Notes: generated by a model not told the origin, from the letters alone. A stretch of 64,000 nucleotides of DNA from an uncultured Cytophagia bacterium (GCA_964436305.1 CAYTCI010000007.1:20825-84824); one strand, 5' to 3'. Shown: positions 1 through 10,449, counted from the stretch's first letter. Numbers and translations are program-made.

Positions 1-1605
1 CTGATTATCGCCATCACCCAGGGATGAATAGGCATTCCGGTCCAGTTGGCTCAAGGCAAACTCCCCGTTGAGCCGCCAGGCGCGGTGCGGGACCGCGGTG
101 AGCTGGAGATCCATCAGGGCGTGGCTCTCGGGGGTGGCGAGCAGCTGGACCGGCAGATAGCGGCCCAGGCCGGCGCCGACAAAGGTATAGGATCCGGCGC
201 CGGCATATTTATACGCCCCCTTGCCTTCGCCAACATCTGAAAAGATCACCGTATAGTCGCCCGAATCCGTGCCAGCGTAGACATAATAGCCTGCAGCACT
301 TTTGCGATAGCGGCCCTTGCCCTCGCCCACGTAGCTCGCGCCATCCTCGGCAGCCAGGGCAGTGCTGTCGCCGGCGGCGCGCAGGATCGCCAGTTTTTTA
401 TCGTCGAGGGTGAAATCGAGAGGATTATCCTTGTCATCGCCCTCGCGGATCAGCGCGCCACTGAGCTTCAGCCGTCCGTTCCACACCGATCCGGCGGCCT
501 GGGCGGCGTAGATGCTGCGCCGGAATTGTTCATCGGAAAACTGAAAGTCGGCGACAATGCGCGAATCGGCCGTGATCAGCCGCCGCCGGGTAAAGGTGAT
601 CTGCGCGGCCGCGTAATCGATGATGTAATCGTTGGTTTCGCCGCGAACCATCAGCTGCCCGTCGACATAGATACGCTCGGTGCCGGCCAGAACGATCATG
701 TCGATCTGCCCGCGGTCGCCGACCAGCTGATAGGGGCCCTGATTGCCCTCCTGGCCGGTGAAGGAGTAAGAAAAATAGGTGCCGCGGGAGACCGCCCCCG
801 AGGCCGCGAACTGCAGATTCTGATAGCGCGCGCTCCCCATGGCGCCCTGCAGCTTGCGGCTGTATTGCGCAAACTCGGAGCCGCTGAAATCGAGGGTATA
901 ATCTCCCATGGTGGCGGAGAGATGGGGGGCGTTGATCTGGACAAAGACCTTGTCGATTTCCTGGAGATTCTGGGTGGTTCCTTCGGGCTGAATGGGGGTG
1001 CTTTGGTCGGTCAGCGCAGCCACCACCTCGACATTCTCGGCCACCTTGCCGGAGACGTTGATGTTGAGGCTCGAGTTGACCTTCAGGCCGCGATTGCTGC
1101 CCACGGTGATCCCGCGGGTGATGCTGCCGTTCTTGTTAAGCTGTGCGGCATAATCGATCTCCTCACTGCCCGGCTCACGCGGCAGGCTCTCGCCTGATGA
1201 GGTGGCGCCGAAGACGCGTTGCACCAACGGGTGGCGCTGGCGAACCCGGTCCAGCGGGGCAGGAAAAATCCGGTATTGCAGACGGATGGCGGCACCCTGG
1301 GGGACCGGATCGGCGAAGCGGATCTCGCCCTTGAGATAATCCAGGGTGTAGCGGTCACGTGCGAGGGGCTGATTGTCGACGAAAACGCGCTCGGACTGCG
1401 AGAGGATGAGACTGTCGGGCAGAAAATAGGGTCCCCTGCGGCCCTCGCCAAGGAAGAGCAGGTCTTTCTCCGCCAGGGCCAGGCGCTCGATCTTGCCAGT
1501 GATCTGGGCTTGAACGGGCAAGCACACCAGCAGCAGCGCCAGAATCCTCCACCCCTGCAAGCCGGACCACCGCATCAGGCGCTCTCTCAAGGAAGGCGCA
1601 GCCAT
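1..1605 (-). CDS. Large secreted/outer-membrane protein of FCB type, partial (runs off the left edge)
   Basis: Missing from the ORF track because it has no stop in the window. Hand translation from ATG 1605 stays open to base 1 (535 codons): signal-like MAAPSLRERLMRWSGLQGWRILALLLVCLPVQAQ, then GSITRGITVGSNRGLKVNSSLNINVSG, DQSTPIQPEGTTQNLQEIDKVF, GQEGNQGPYQL, IVLAGTERIYVDG, DYIIDYAAAQITFT. Confidence 0.75.
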   Translation of the reverse strand, partial: MAAPSLRERLMRWSGLQGWRILALLLVCLPVQAQITGKIERLALAEKDLLFLGEGRRGPYFLPDSLILSQSERVFVDNQPLARDRYTLDYLKGEIRFADPVPQGAAIRLQYRIFPAPLDRVRQRHPLVQRVFGATSSGESLPREPGSEEIDYAAQLNKNGSITRGITVGSNRGLKVNSSLNINVSGKVAENVEVVAALTDQSTPIQPEGTTQNLQEIDKVFVQINAPHLSATMGDYTLDFSGSEFAQYSRKLQGAMGSARYQNLQFAASGAVSRGTYFSYSFTGQEGNQGPYQLVGDRGQIDMIVLAGTERIYVDGQLMVRGETNDYIIDYAAAQITFTRRRLITADSRIVADFQFSDEQFRRSIYAAQAAGSVWNGRLKLSGALIREGDDKDNPLDFTLDDKKLAILRAAGDSTALAAEDGASYVGEGKGRYRKSAAGYYVYAGTDSGDYTVIFSDVGEGKGAYKYAGAGSYTFVGAGLGRYLPVQLLATPESHALMDLQLTAVPHRAWRLNGEFALSQLDRNAYSSLGDGDNQ

Positions 1606-2522
1606 GAAAGTTCAAAAGCCTGTACACGATGATTGGCCGCTTCGACGATGTAGATCCGGTTGCCCTGCACCGCAACGTCAGCGGGATCCTTGAGAGCACC
1701 CAATTTTTCTCCGGCAACTCCCACGCTGCCCAGCAGCCGGCCATCCCGGCCAAAGATCAGCACCTGGTCGCGCCCCTCATCGGCCACGCAGAGCAGGCCC
1801 TCGCGGGTGAGACAAAGACCAGCCGGCTCCTTTAAAACGCCGACGCCGATCTCCTCCAGATACGAGCCAAAATAATCGTAGACCACCAGGCAGCCGCGCC
1901 GCCGGTCGCAAACAAAGAGCCGGTCCTCGCCGTCGAGAGCGAGCTGGTTCGGCTCGGCCAGCTCCCCTTCGCCTTCAGCAAAATCGCCGAAGGAGTTGGT
2001 GGCCTCACGCAAGGCGCTCACCTTGAGGATGCGCAGATTCTCCGCATCGGCGATGAAAAGATCGTTATGGATGGAGAGGACCACCCCGGCGGGAAAGCCA
2101 AGACTCAGCTTGTCATCGCTATCCGGCGGGTACTGATAGGCGTCAATCCAGTGCAATTGACGATCGCAGCGGACGATACGCCGGTTTTGAAAGTCCGCGA
2201 TGAAGAGATCCAGGCCGTTGCCGGCATCCAGATCCACCGGCTGCTGGAACTGATTCTCACCCCAGCCGAATCCGCCGACCATGGCCAGCACCGCGCCGGT
2301 GGCGCTGCATTTCTGGATCCGGTTATTGCCGGTATCGGCGATATAGAGAGCGCCCTCCGGATCGACCGCGAGCGCCCGGGGCGAGCGGAACTGCCCGGGC
2401 GCATCGCCTTCACGGCCGAAGGCATAGAGCCAGCGTACCATCAGACTGTCGCCGGCTGCAGCCCTCCCGGCTGCCAGCGCCAGCAGCAGCAAGATCATCG
2501 CTCTGAAAAAAAACCTGCTCAC
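1587..2522 (-). CDS. NHL-repeat beta-propeller protein with signal peptide
   Basis: Repeated F..P..LAVD...LYIAD..N.RI units. GTG start 2522 has GGAG upstream; the ORF-track extension to 2900 crosses the promoters. Confidence 0.85.
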   Translation of the reverse strand: MSRFFFRAMILLLLALAAGRAAAGDSLMVRWLYAFGREGDAPGQFRSPRALAVDPEGALYIADTGNNRIQKCSATGAVLAMVGGFGWGENQFQQPVDLDAGNGLDLFIADFQNRRIVRCDRQLHWIDAYQYPPDSDDKLSLGFPAGVVLSIHNDLFIADAENLRILKVSALREATNSFGDFAEGEGELAEPNQLALDGEDRLFVCDRRRGCLVVYDYFGSYLEEIGVGVLKEPAGLCLTREGLLCVADEGRDQVLIFGRDGRLLGSVGVAGEKLGALKDPADVAVQGNRIYIVEAANHRVQAFELSWLRLP

Positions 2523-2625
2523 GTCCCGCTCCTGCAAAAAATCCGCACCCCTGCGGGGGCCGGAACGCCCGGGCAGCGGCCCCGCCGCCATCGGACGCCC
2601 TCGCCCCCGGCGCAACGCTTTAGCT

Positions 2626-2654
2626 AAATTAAAGGTAAACAAGGCAAAAGTCAA
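2626..2654 (-). promoter_or_regulatory. sigma70-type promoter TTGACT-N17-TAATTT
   Basis: Direct motif match upstream of the NHL/OMP operon. Confidence 0.6.
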
Positions 2655-2683
2655 GGGAAAAGTCCGCTGGCGAAAAATTACAC

Positions 2684-2712
2684 TTGGAACTTGTACGAAA
2701 TAACCGTAATTT
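2684..2712 (+). promoter_or_regulatory. sigma70-type promoter TTGGAA-N17-TAATTT (divergent)
   Basis: Motif match in AT-rich intergenic DNA upstream of NlpC/P60. Confidence 0.5.
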
Positions 2713-2812
2713 TCAGGCAAGGGTCGCGACAGGACCCGCTGTTGATCCCGGTTCTGCAAAAAAGGTACATGCCTTGCTGCGCCGCCCGCGCTACAGTGGA
2801 AATGCAATAACC

Positions 2813-3379
2813 ATGCCGAAAACAGAAGATACGCGCGCGATGGCGCGCGTCCCGAGGCATCTGTCTGCATGGATGATCCTGCTCCTCCTGCTGCTGGCAT
2901 CGGGATGTGCCTGGAATCCCGGGTTTCGCAGGCCCATGCAAGCGGGTGGGCAAGCGCTCGCAGCCGAAAATACCCGCGGCGAACGGTTCGGCGAGATGAC
3001 CCCGGAACTGCAGGAACAGTTCAAGGCCGAGATCCGCAGCTATTGGAAATCCCCCTATCTGTGGGGCGGCAATGCCCCATCCGGTATCGATTGTTCGGGC
3101 CTGGTGGGACAGATTTACAAACGCGCTGCCGCCATCGATCTGCCGCGAACCACCCTCGACCTCTTCGCCCAGGGCCTGAGAGTGGAAGATCAGCCGCTGC
3201 AGTTCGCCGATCTGGTTTTTTTCCGGCTCGGCAGCGCCAGCCAGCCCGATCACGTGGGATTCTATGTCGCCCGGGGGTACTTCATCCATGCATCGGTCAC
3301 CAGCGGAGTGACCCTGTCGCTGATCACGGCCTCCCCTTATCGCGAAAGCTATGCGGGGGCTCGCCGACTGCTCCAGTGA
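2813..3379 (+). CDS. NlpC/P60 (C40) cell-wall peptidase lipoprotein
   Basis: Lipobox LASGC; PYLWGG, catalytic GIDCSGLV, HVGFY, FIHAS. Confidence 0.9.
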   Translation: MPKTEDTRAMARVPRHLSAWMILLLLLLASGCAWNPGFRRPMQAGGQALAAENTRGERFGEMTPELQEQFKAEIRSYWKSPYLWGGNAPSGIDCSGLVGQIYKRAAAIDLPRTTLDLFAQGLRVEDQPLQFADLVFFRLGSASQPDHVGFYVARGYFIHASVTSGVTLSLITASPYRESYAGARRLLQ

Positions 3380-3417
3380 GGGCGAACGCGAAACTGAACC
3401 AGGCAACCGGACGCGAA

Positions 3418-4905
3418 ATGCACGTCGCCAGCACACAAAACACCACCGGGATTAAAAAAACGGCCACCGGTCTGCGCCGGGGGGATCTGGTCGAATTGGT
3501 CCCGACCGATCTCGCCCTCGGCGGCGCGGCCGTGGCCCGGCTGGACGATCTGGTGGTCTTTGTCGAGCAGGCGCTCCCCGGGCAAACCATCCTGGCCAAA
3601 ATCAGCAAACGCAAGAAAAACTTCGCCGAGGCCAGGCTGCAGGAGGTTCTGCGGCCTGCGCCCGATCAGGTCGAACCGCGCTGCAGCCATTTCGGCCAGT
3701 GCGGCGGCTGTCGCTGGCAACATCTTCCCTATAACCGGCAGCTGCACTTCAAGCAGCGGCAGGTGGAGGAGGCGTTGGTCCACATCGGCGGATTCTCCGG
3801 ACTGGAGGTGCAGCCGGCCTTGCCCTCTCCGGAGATCTACTCCTATCGCAACAAAATGGAGTACTCTTTCTCACCGCAACGCTGGGTCCCCCGCGATGAG
3901 CTGGGTGGCAGCCCTGACGGTGATTCGGCACTCTATCTCGGATTGCATGCGAAGGGGTTTTTCGACAAGATCATCGACGTGCAGGCTTGCCACCTTTTGC
4001 CGCCGGTGACCAATGACATTCTGCTTTACGTGCGTCAATTTGCCGTCGACTCCGGGCGCCCCGCCTATCACGCCCGTGACCACCATGGCTTTTGGCGCTT
4101 TCTGGTGATGCGGCATGCCAGAAAAACAGGTGAGCTCATGGTCAATCTCGTCGCCTCCGAGTATGACCCGGCGCTGGCCCGCGACTTTGCCACGCGGATG
4201 CAGGCGCGCTTCCCTGTCATCACCTCCCTGCTGTTCAGCACGACGCAAAGTCTCTCCGGCGTGGCCTTTAGCGAAGCGGAGTATCTGCTCGCCGGCAAAT
4301 CGACCATTACGGAAAAACTGGGCGATCTCACGTTTGAAATCTCGAGCAACTCGTTTTTTCAAACCAACACGCTTCAGGCTGAACGGCTTTACGATGTCGT
4401 CGTCGACTATGCCCGGCTCCAGCCGGACGAAACCGTCTACGACCTCTACTGCGGTGCGGGCACCATCTCGCTCTATGTCAGCCACCTGGCCCACAAGGTG
4501 GTCGGCTTCGAGTCGGTTCGATCCGCCGTGGAAGATGCTCATCAGAATGCCGCGTTGAATCGCATTGGCAATTGCTCTTTTGTTTGGGGTGACCTGCGGG
4601 ACCTCCTCGAAAACACCGCAGAGACCATCGCGCGCTATGGCCGGCCCGATGTTCTGATCATCGATCCGCCGCGCGGCGGGATGCACCCCAAAACGGTGGC
4701 AGCCGTTTCCCGGCTCGCCCCGGAGCGTATAGTCCATGTCTCCTGCAACCCTGCCACCCTGGCGCGAGACCTAAAAGTGCTCTGCGCCGGGCCGTACCGG
4801 TTAACCAAGATCCAGCCGGTCGACATGTTTCCGCACACCGCTCACATTGAAGTGGTCGTGCTTTTGCAGCGAGACCCCTCATCCCAAGCGGATGCAACAG
4901 TTTAA
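3418..4905 (+). CDS. rlmD: 23S rRNA m5U methyltransferase (TRAM domain + 4Fe-4S)
   Basis: CSHFGQCGGC, YRNKMEY, FFQTN, DLYCGAG, DPPRGG, VSCNPATLARD, VDMFPHTAHIE. Confidence 0.93.
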   Translation: MHVASTQNTTGIKKTATGLRRGDLVELVPTDLALGGAAVARLDDLVVFVEQALPGQTILAKISKRKKNFAEARLQEVLRPAPDQVEPRCSHFGQCGGCRWQHLPYNRQLHFKQRQVEEALVHIGGFSGLEVQPALPSPEIYSYRNKMEYSFSPQRWVPRDELGGSPDGDSALYLGLHAKGFFDKIIDVQACHLLPPVTNDILLYVRQFAVDSGRPAYHARDHHGFWRFLVMRHARKTGELMVNLVASEYDPALARDFATRMQARFPVITSLLFSTTQSLSGVAFSEAEYLLAGKSTITEKLGDLTFEISSNSFFQTNTLQAERLYDVVVDYARLQPDETVYDLYCGAGTISLYVSHLAHKVVGFESVRSAVEDAHQNAALNRIGNCSFVWGDLRDLLENTAETIARYGRPDVLIIDPPRGGMHPKTVAAVSRLAPERIVHVSCNPATLARDLKVLCAGPYRLTKIQPVDMFPHTAHIEVVVLLQRDPSSQADATV

Positions 4906-4920
4906 CACAGGAATCACCCC

Positions 4921-6804
4921 ATGAACCTTTTCAAGAAGCTTTTTGGCAGCAAAACCGAAAAAAAGAGCACCCCGACACCCCGTCCGTCCTCCGGTCAGGA
5001 GCGCTATGGCTCGGGACGCTCCCGCTCCCGTTATCCGCAAAATCAGCGTCCGGGCGGCAGCCCGGGACCCAAACCACAAGGCGGGTCTCCCCAGCGTCCG
5101 GGCGGCCAGCCACCGCGGCCGCAGAGCAGCGCACCCGCCCGGCCGGAGCCGCGCCCCCAGGAGAGTGGTGACGCGCGCCCCCAGGGCAGCAGCTCACGCT
5201 CGCGCCGCCGCAGAAGATCCCGCCGTCCCCAGGGTCAGTCGCCGCAGCCGGATCTCCAGCAACAGCAGGCGGCCATCCCGCCCGCAGCGGAGAGCAAGCC
5301 CGAAGCGGTCAGCGAACCTCTGGAGAGCCCGACGCCCGTCGTCGAAGCACCGGCGCGGGTGCCCAAAGAACCCCTCCCGGAGATCACCCGGGAACAGCTC
5401 TCCCCGGCGCTGCAGGCCGGACTCGCCCGCACCAGCTGGGACGATCTGATGCCGGTTCAGGCGCGCACCATCCCCTATCTGCTGGCTCACCGCGACCTGA
5501 TGGTCCAGTCGCGCACCGGCAGCGGCAAGACCGGCGCCTTCATCCTGCCGATGCTCGAACGCCTCAACGCCTCCCTGCCCGAGACCCAGGCCCTGGTGCT
5601 GGTGCCCACCCGTGAACTGGCCAAACAGGTCACCGGCGAGGCCGAGATGCTATTCGGCGATTCGGGCTTGCGCGTCGCCGCGGTCTACGGTGGTGTCGGA
5701 TACGGCAGCCAGATCGACGCCTTCCGTGAAGGGGCCCACCTGGTGGTCGGCACCCCGGGCCGTATCCTCGATCATCTCCTCAAGGGATCGCTCAACCTGC
5801 GCAGTCTGCAGCTTCTCATTCTCGATGAGGCCGACCGCATGCTCTCGATGGGCTTCTATCCCGACATGAAAGAGGTCCAGCAGTATCTGCCACAGGGCAT
5901 CAATGCCTACATGTTCTCCGCCACCTTTCCCCCCTTCGTCCTGCATCTGGCCGCCGAGTTCCTCGACGATCCGGAACTGATCAGCCTGAGCGGAGACCAG
6001 GTCTATGTCGCCGAGACCGAGCACTCCTTCTATGTCGTGCCGCCGATGGACAAGGACCGCGCGCTGGTCCGCATCATCGAGATGGAAAACCCGGCCCAGG
6101 CGATCATCTTTTGCAATACCCGCTCCCAGGTGCATTATGTCGCCATCGTCCTGCAGCGCTTTGGCTACAATGCCGACGAACTCTCCTCGGATCTGCCGCA
6201 AAACGCGCGCGAGAAGGTGATGACACGCCTGCGCGATGGCAGCCTGCGCTTCCTCGTGGCGACCGATGTGGCCGCGCGCGGCATCGACATCCCGCAGCTG
6301 CCGGTGGTGATCATGTATGAGCCGCCTGAGGATCCGGAGGCCTATATCCACCGGGCAGGACGCACAGGACGCGCCGGCGCCAGCGGCGAGGCGGTCTCTC
6401 TGGTCACTGAAGTGGAGCAGATCGACCTCGATCGCATCGCCAGAAAATACTCCTTCACCCTGATCCAGCGCGTCCTGCCGCAGAACGAGGACGTTGCGGC
6501 ACTGGTCACCGAGCGTGTCACCGCGCTGCTCGAGGCCAAATACCGCGACAAGGACAATGTCGAGAAGGAGCGGCTGCGCCGCTTCCAGCCGCTGGCCCAG
6601 AGCCTCGCGGACAATGACGACCTGAACAACGTCATCGCCATGCTGCTCGACGAATTCTACCAGCAGACCCTGCATGCACCGGTGCAGACCACCGATACGG
6701 TCCTAACGGAAAAACGCCAGGAGAGCAGAGAGGAGGAGCAGCCCCGGAACAACCGGCCGCGCCGTCGTGGCGGCCGCCACCGTCGACCCGGGGGCCGTTC
6801 CTGA
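4921..6804 (+). CDS. DEAD-box RNA helicase with long disordered N-terminus
   Basis: [54 protein letters not shown]. Confidence 0.93.
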   Translation: MNLFKKLFGSKTEKKSTPTPRPSSGQERYGSGRSRSRYPQNQRPGGSPGPKPQGGSPQRPGGQPPRPQSSAPARPEPRPQESGDARPQGSSSRSRRRRRSRRPQGQSPQPDLQQQQAAIPPAAESKPEAVSEPLESPTPVVEAPARVPKEPLPEITREQLSPALQAGLARTSWDDLMPVQARTIPYLLAHRDLMVQSRTGSGKTGAFILPMLERLNASLPETQALVLVPTRELAKQVTGEAEMLFGDSGLRVAAVYGGVGYGSQIDAFREGAHLVVGTPGRILDHLLKGSLNLRSLQLLILDEADRMLSMGFYPDMKEVQQYLPQGINAYMFSATFPPFVLHLAAEFLDDPELISLSGDQVYVAETEHSFYVVPPMDKDRALVRIIEMENPAQAIIFCNTRSQVHYVAIVLQRFGYNADELSSDLPQNAREKVMTRLRDGSLRFLVATDVAARGIDIPQLPVVIMYEPPEDPEAYIHRAGRTGRAGASGEAVSLVTEVEQIDLDRIARKYSFTLIQRVLPQNEDVAALVTERVTALLEAKYRDKDNVEKERLRRFQPLAQSLADNDDLNNVIAMLLDEFYQQTLHAPVQTTDTVLTEKRQESREEEQPRNNRPRRRGGRHRRPGGRS

Positions 6805-6835
6805 GAATACCCTCTCCCCGGACCTGATCCAAACC

Positions 6836-6873
6836 ACCGGAGGCTCTGCCATCCCTTTTGCCGAGCCTCCGGT
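6836..6873 (+). terminator. Intergenic stem-loop, possible terminator or processing site
   Basis: ACCGGAGGCTC / GAGCCTCCGGT 11-bp inverted repeat, 16-nt loop, weak U tract. Confidence 0.4.
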
Positions 6874-6901
6874 TCTGTCTTCAATGAAAGGTCTTCCCGC
6901 C

Positions 6902-7750
6902 ATGAAATACCTTGGAGCCCATGTCAGCGCCGCAGGCGGACTGGAGAGCGCCCCGGAAAACGCCCGCGCCATCGGCGCCCGGGCGTTCGCCCTTTTCACC
7001 AAAAACCAGCGCCAATGGCTGGCCAAAAGCCTCGGCGAAGCCGAAATCGAGCGCTTCAGGGTCCGCTGTCAGGAACTCGACTTTTCGCCGGACCACATCC
7101 TGCCGCATGACAGCTATCTGATCAATCTCGCCCATCCCGAGGAGGCCGGCCTGGCCAAATCGCAAGCCGCATTCCTCGACGAGATGCAGCGCTGCGAGGC
7201 GCTGGGTCTGAAACTGCTGAACTTCCATCCCGGCTCACACCTCGGCCAGATCACCCTGGAGGAGGGTCTGCATCGGGTCGCGCTCTCCATCAATCTTGCC
7301 CTGGAGAAGAGCCGCGGGGTCGTCGCAGTCATCGAGAATACCGCCGGACAGGGCAGCAATGTGGGATGCACCTTCGAACAACTCGCGGCCATCATCGCGG
7401 AGGTCGAGGACCAAAGCCGCGTCGGCGTCTGCCTCGACACCTGCCATCTTTTCGCCTCGGGCTATGACCTGCGCACCCCCGCTGCCTATGCCGAGACCAT
7501 GCGTCAATTCGAGGCGACCGTCGGTTTTTCCTATCTGCGGGGATTCCACCTCAACGATGCCAAGAAAGAACTCGGCTCGCGCGTCGACCGGCACGCCCCT
7601 CTCGGCGACGGCCTGCTTGGCCTCGAGGCCTTTCGTCTGCTCATGCAGGATGAGCGGCTTGACGGTCTCCCCCTCATCCTGGAAACCCCCGAGCACGAAC
7701 GCTGGGCCGATGAGATCCGGCTGCTCTACGAGTTCGCCACCGCAGCCTGA
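6902..7750 (+). CDS. nfo: Endonuclease IV (AP endonuclease)
   Basis: [50 protein letters not shown]. Confidence 0.95.
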   Translation: MKYLGAHVSAAGGLESAPENARAIGARAFALFTKNQRQWLAKSLGEAEIERFRVRCQELDFSPDHILPHDSYLINLAHPEEAGLAKSQAAFLDEMQRCEALGLKLLNFHPGSHLGQITLEEGLHRVALSINLALEKSRGVVAVIENTAGQGSNVGCTFEQLAAIIAEVEDQSRVGVCLDTCHLFASGYDLRTPAAYAETMRQFEATVGFSYLRGFHLNDAKKELGSRVDRHAPLGDGLLGLEAFRLLMQDERLDGLPLILETPEHERWADEIRLLYEFATAA

Positions 7751-7778
7751 ACCGGCACTCCCGCCAGCCTCCTGGCAT

Positions 7779-7817
7779 AAAAAAACGCCGGAAAAGCGGC
7801 AAGCGCTTCTCCGGCGT
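7779..7817 (-). terminator. Rho-independent terminator between convergent genes
   Basis: Minus strand ACGCCGGAGAAGCG..CGCTTTTCCGGCGT followed by a T run. Confidence 0.7.
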
Positions 7818-7838
7818 CAAATCCCGATCCGGGTCGGT

Positions 7839-8447
7839 CTAGAAGACCTTGATATCGCCCATACCAACGCTGCAGATCAGCAGCAGCCTGGCGGGCATCT
7901 CTTCATATTTGGGTGTCTGGTACTCCAATACCTCGCTGAATCCATCCGCCTTCTGATCAAAGACCTTGATATCCCCCAGCGAAACCCTCGCCTTGACCTT
8001 GACGGGCAGCCCCGGCAGCAAGTCGACGTGCACATCCCCCACACCACTGCGCAGGTAGAGACGATGTTCTCCCGGCTCCAGTGCAACCTGGGAGGCATCG
8101 ATCACCACCGAGCCCACCATGGTGCGGACGCTGCCGCCATTAAAGCCCTGCGCTGGCAATTTGATGCGCAGATCGCCCAGGACCGACTCCCGCGACAGGG
8201 TCCCGGAATAGTCGGGTTCCTCCGCATGCAGGGAAGAGTGGCCGCGAGTTTCGCGGCGCCGCTCTCCTGTCATGAGATAGATGCCCATCAGGATCAGGGC
8301 GACCGGCCAAAAATGGAAGATCCAGCGGATGATGTCAAACAGCGAGGGGCCATCGAAGAGTAGCAGGCAGCCCATGACCACCAGAATCACTCCCACAAAG
8401 GTCGAACCGCGACTGGTTTGCGAATCCATATCCCTCCTCATTGCCAC
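7839..8447 (-). CDS. LiaF-like membrane protein (N-terminal TM pair + DUF2154-like C-terminus)
   Basis: G..LV.MG.LLL / FWPVALILMGIYL TM pair, then GD..I repeats ending SVGMGDIKVF. Confidence 0.75.
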   Translation of the reverse strand: MAMRRDMDSQTSRGSTFVGVILVVMGCLLLFDGPSLFDIIRWIFHFWPVALILMGIYLMTGERRRETRGHSSLHAEEPDYSGTLSRESVLGDLRIKLPAQGFNGGSVRTMVGSVVIDASQVALEPGEHRLYLRSGVGDVHVDLLPGLPVKVKARVSLGDIKVFDQKADGFSEVLEYQTPKYEEMPARLLLICSVGMGDIKVF

Positions 8448-8462
8448 TACCGGACGGCTTTG

Positions 8463-9398
8463 TCATCGCCCGGGATAGGCCGTTCCTTCGAGTTCAGCAA
8501 TATACTTCTCCACCTCGATGGCCGCCATGCAGCCGGAGGCGGAGGCGGTGATCGCCTGGCGATAGATGGCATCCTGAACATCGCCGCAAGCGAAGACACC
8601 GGGCAGATTGGTGCGGGTACGGCGGTCTGTCTCGATATACCCGCCGCTATCCAGTGTGATCTGGCCGGCGAAAAGCTCGGTGTTGGGTTTGTGGCCGATG
8701 AAGACAAATATCCCGTCGACCGGGAACTCCGCGGTCGCCCCGCTCTTGACATTCTTCAGCCGCAGATGGCTCACCGTTGTGCCGCCGGCGATCTCCTCCA
8801 CGACCGTATCCCAGATGAACTCCACCTTGCTGTTGTGCATGGCCCGCTCCTGGAGGATGGCATCGGCCCGCAGCCGGTCGCGGCGGTGAATGATGGTCAC
8901 CTTTTCCGCAAAGCGGGTGAGGAAAAGCCCCTCGTCCAGGGCGCTGTTGCCGCCGCCCACCACAACCACATGCTTGCCGGTGAAAAAGAAGCCGTCGCAG
9001 GTGGCGCAATAAGAGACACCCTTGCCGATGTAGCGCTCTTCGCCGGGGACTCCGAGCCGTTTGGGCGTCGAGCCAGTGGCAAGGATCACCGATCGGGCCT
9101 CAAGGTTCTGCGTGGCCGTATGGACGCGCTTGACCGCGCCTGCCAGTTCGACGCTTTCGACCACATCGTAGATGACCTCCATCCCGAAGCGCAAGGCCTG
9201 CTTTTCAAACAACTGATACATCTCAAAGCCGCTCAATCCCTCCGGAAAACCGGGGAAATTCTCCAGATCGTTGGTCAGGGTGACCTGTCCACCCCGTTCC
9301 ATTCCACTGATCAGCAGGGGCTTGAGGTTGGCGCGGCCGGCATAGATCGCGGCCGTCAAGCCGGCCGGACCCGAGCCAATAATGATGACTTCTCGCAT
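8463..9398 (-). CDS. trxB: Thioredoxin-disulfide reductase
   Basis: GSGPAG, ENFPGF, CATCDG, GGGNSALDE, GVFACGDV, QAITASASG. Confidence 0.97.
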   Translation of the reverse strand: MREVIIIGSGPAGLTAAIYAGRANLKPLLISGMERGGQVTLTNDLENFPGFPEGLSGFEMYQLFEKQALRFGMEVIYDVVESVELAGAVKRVHTATQNLEARSVILATGSTPKRLGVPGEERYIGKGVSYCATCDGFFFTGKHVVVVGGGNSALDEGLFLTRFAEKVTIIHRRDRLRADAILQERAMHNSKVEFIWDTVVEEIAGGTTVSHLRLKNVKSGATAEFPVDGIFVFIGHKPNTELFAGQITLDSGGYIETDRRTRTNLPGVFACGDVQDAIYRQAITASASGCMAAIEVEKYIAELEGTAYPGR

Positions 9399-9480
9399 GT
9401 TTTTCTTCCTGTCTTCTCTGTATTACGATTGATTATTCAATTAGATTCATCAAATCCACAAAGTATTCAAACTTTATCTT

Positions 9481-10221
9481 TCAAATAGGGTTGGGAATAT
9501 CGACGAACTCCACCTCCACCTCCAGCTTGTGCATCAGGTGCTCGCCGAGGGCGCGAATGCCCAAACGCTCGGTCGCATAATGGCCGGCGGCGATATAATG
9601 AATCCCCGCCTCCTTGGCCATGTGCATGGTATTTTCCCGCACCTCGCCGGTGATATAGGCGTCGAGCCCCTCTGCGATCGCCAGCGCCAGTTCGTTCGGC
9701 GCCCCGCCGGAGCAGTAGCCGATGCGGTGGATCCTTTCCGGGCCAAAGGCAAAGGTGAAGGGTTCGCGATCAAAGGTATAGCGGATCAATTCGATGAGTT
9801 CGGGCAGATCCATCTCTTCAACAGAACCCATCAAGCCGATGCGTCCCAGGGGTGCCAGATTATGCAGCCCCAGCGTCTTGACCGCCAGGATGTTATTGCC
9901 CACCTCCTCATGCATATCGAGGCAGAGGTGATAGGCGAGCAGGTTGAGATCGTGCTCCAGCAAATACTTGAGGCGCTGGCGGAAGGGTCCCTCCACCACC
10001 CGGCTCTCCCGGTCCCAGAGCAGGCCATGGTGGACCATAACCAGATCGGCATCCTTTTGCACTGCCGCCGTAAAAAGCTCGAGGCTGGCCGAGACGCCGG
10101 TGACGATGCGCCCGATCTGCCTGCGGCCCTCGACCTGCAACCCCATGGGCCCGGAATCGGGTATCAGCCGCACGCCCAGATAATCGTCGAGATAACTGAT
10201 CAATTCTTCGCGAAGGATCAT
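9481..10221 (-). CDS. Nif3/YbgI dinuclear metal-centre protein
   Basis: GLQVEG, VHHGLLW, AYHLCLD, ITGE, GHYATE. Confidence 0.92.
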   Translation of the reverse strand: MILREELISYLDDYLGVRLIPDSGPMGLQVEGRRQIGRIVTGVSASLELFTAAVQKDADLVMVHHGLLWDRESRVVEGPFRQRLKYLLEHDLNLLAYHLCLDMHEEVGNNILAVKTLGLHNLAPLGRIGLMGSVEEMDLPELIELIRYTFDREPFTFAFGPERIHRIGYCSGGAPNELALAIAEGLDAYITGEVRENTMHMAKEAGIHYIAAGHYATERLGIRALGEHLMHKLEVEVEFVDIPNPI

Positions 10222-10343
10222 ACGAACCTCTGCAGATTACACCCCTGACTTGTCTCTACTAATATAGGGTGCTGGAAATGAAACGCAAGTAAAATCATCA
10301 CGATCCGGGGAGCGTCGGGCCTCGGCCCTTGCCTAAAAAGCAT

Positions 10344-10372
10344 TTGGCATTATGGCCATTTTGTCCTATATT
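10344..10372 (+). promoter_or_regulatory. sigma70-type promoter TTGGCA-N17-TATATT
   Basis: Motif match; a divergent promoter-like element lies near 10261-10289. Confidence 0.5.
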
Positions 10373-10449
10373 GGGAACAATGCAAGCTCACTGCGGTGGC
10401 CCTCCTGGCGGAGCAGCCGCCGATTACAGCAGATCCCGGAACCCCTGGC

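Noticed and set aside
2713-2812. c-di-AMP or c-di-GMP riboswitch before NlpC/P60
   Set aside because: Only a short GGGTC/GACCC hairpin; conserved aptamer motifs not seen. An Rfam scan would settle it.
2869-3417. N-terminal extensions in ORF-track calls (rlmD, nfo, plsY, DAK2, TBDR, ICMT and others)
   Set aside because: They overlap neighbouring genes or promoters; downstream starts match family N-termini or RBS.
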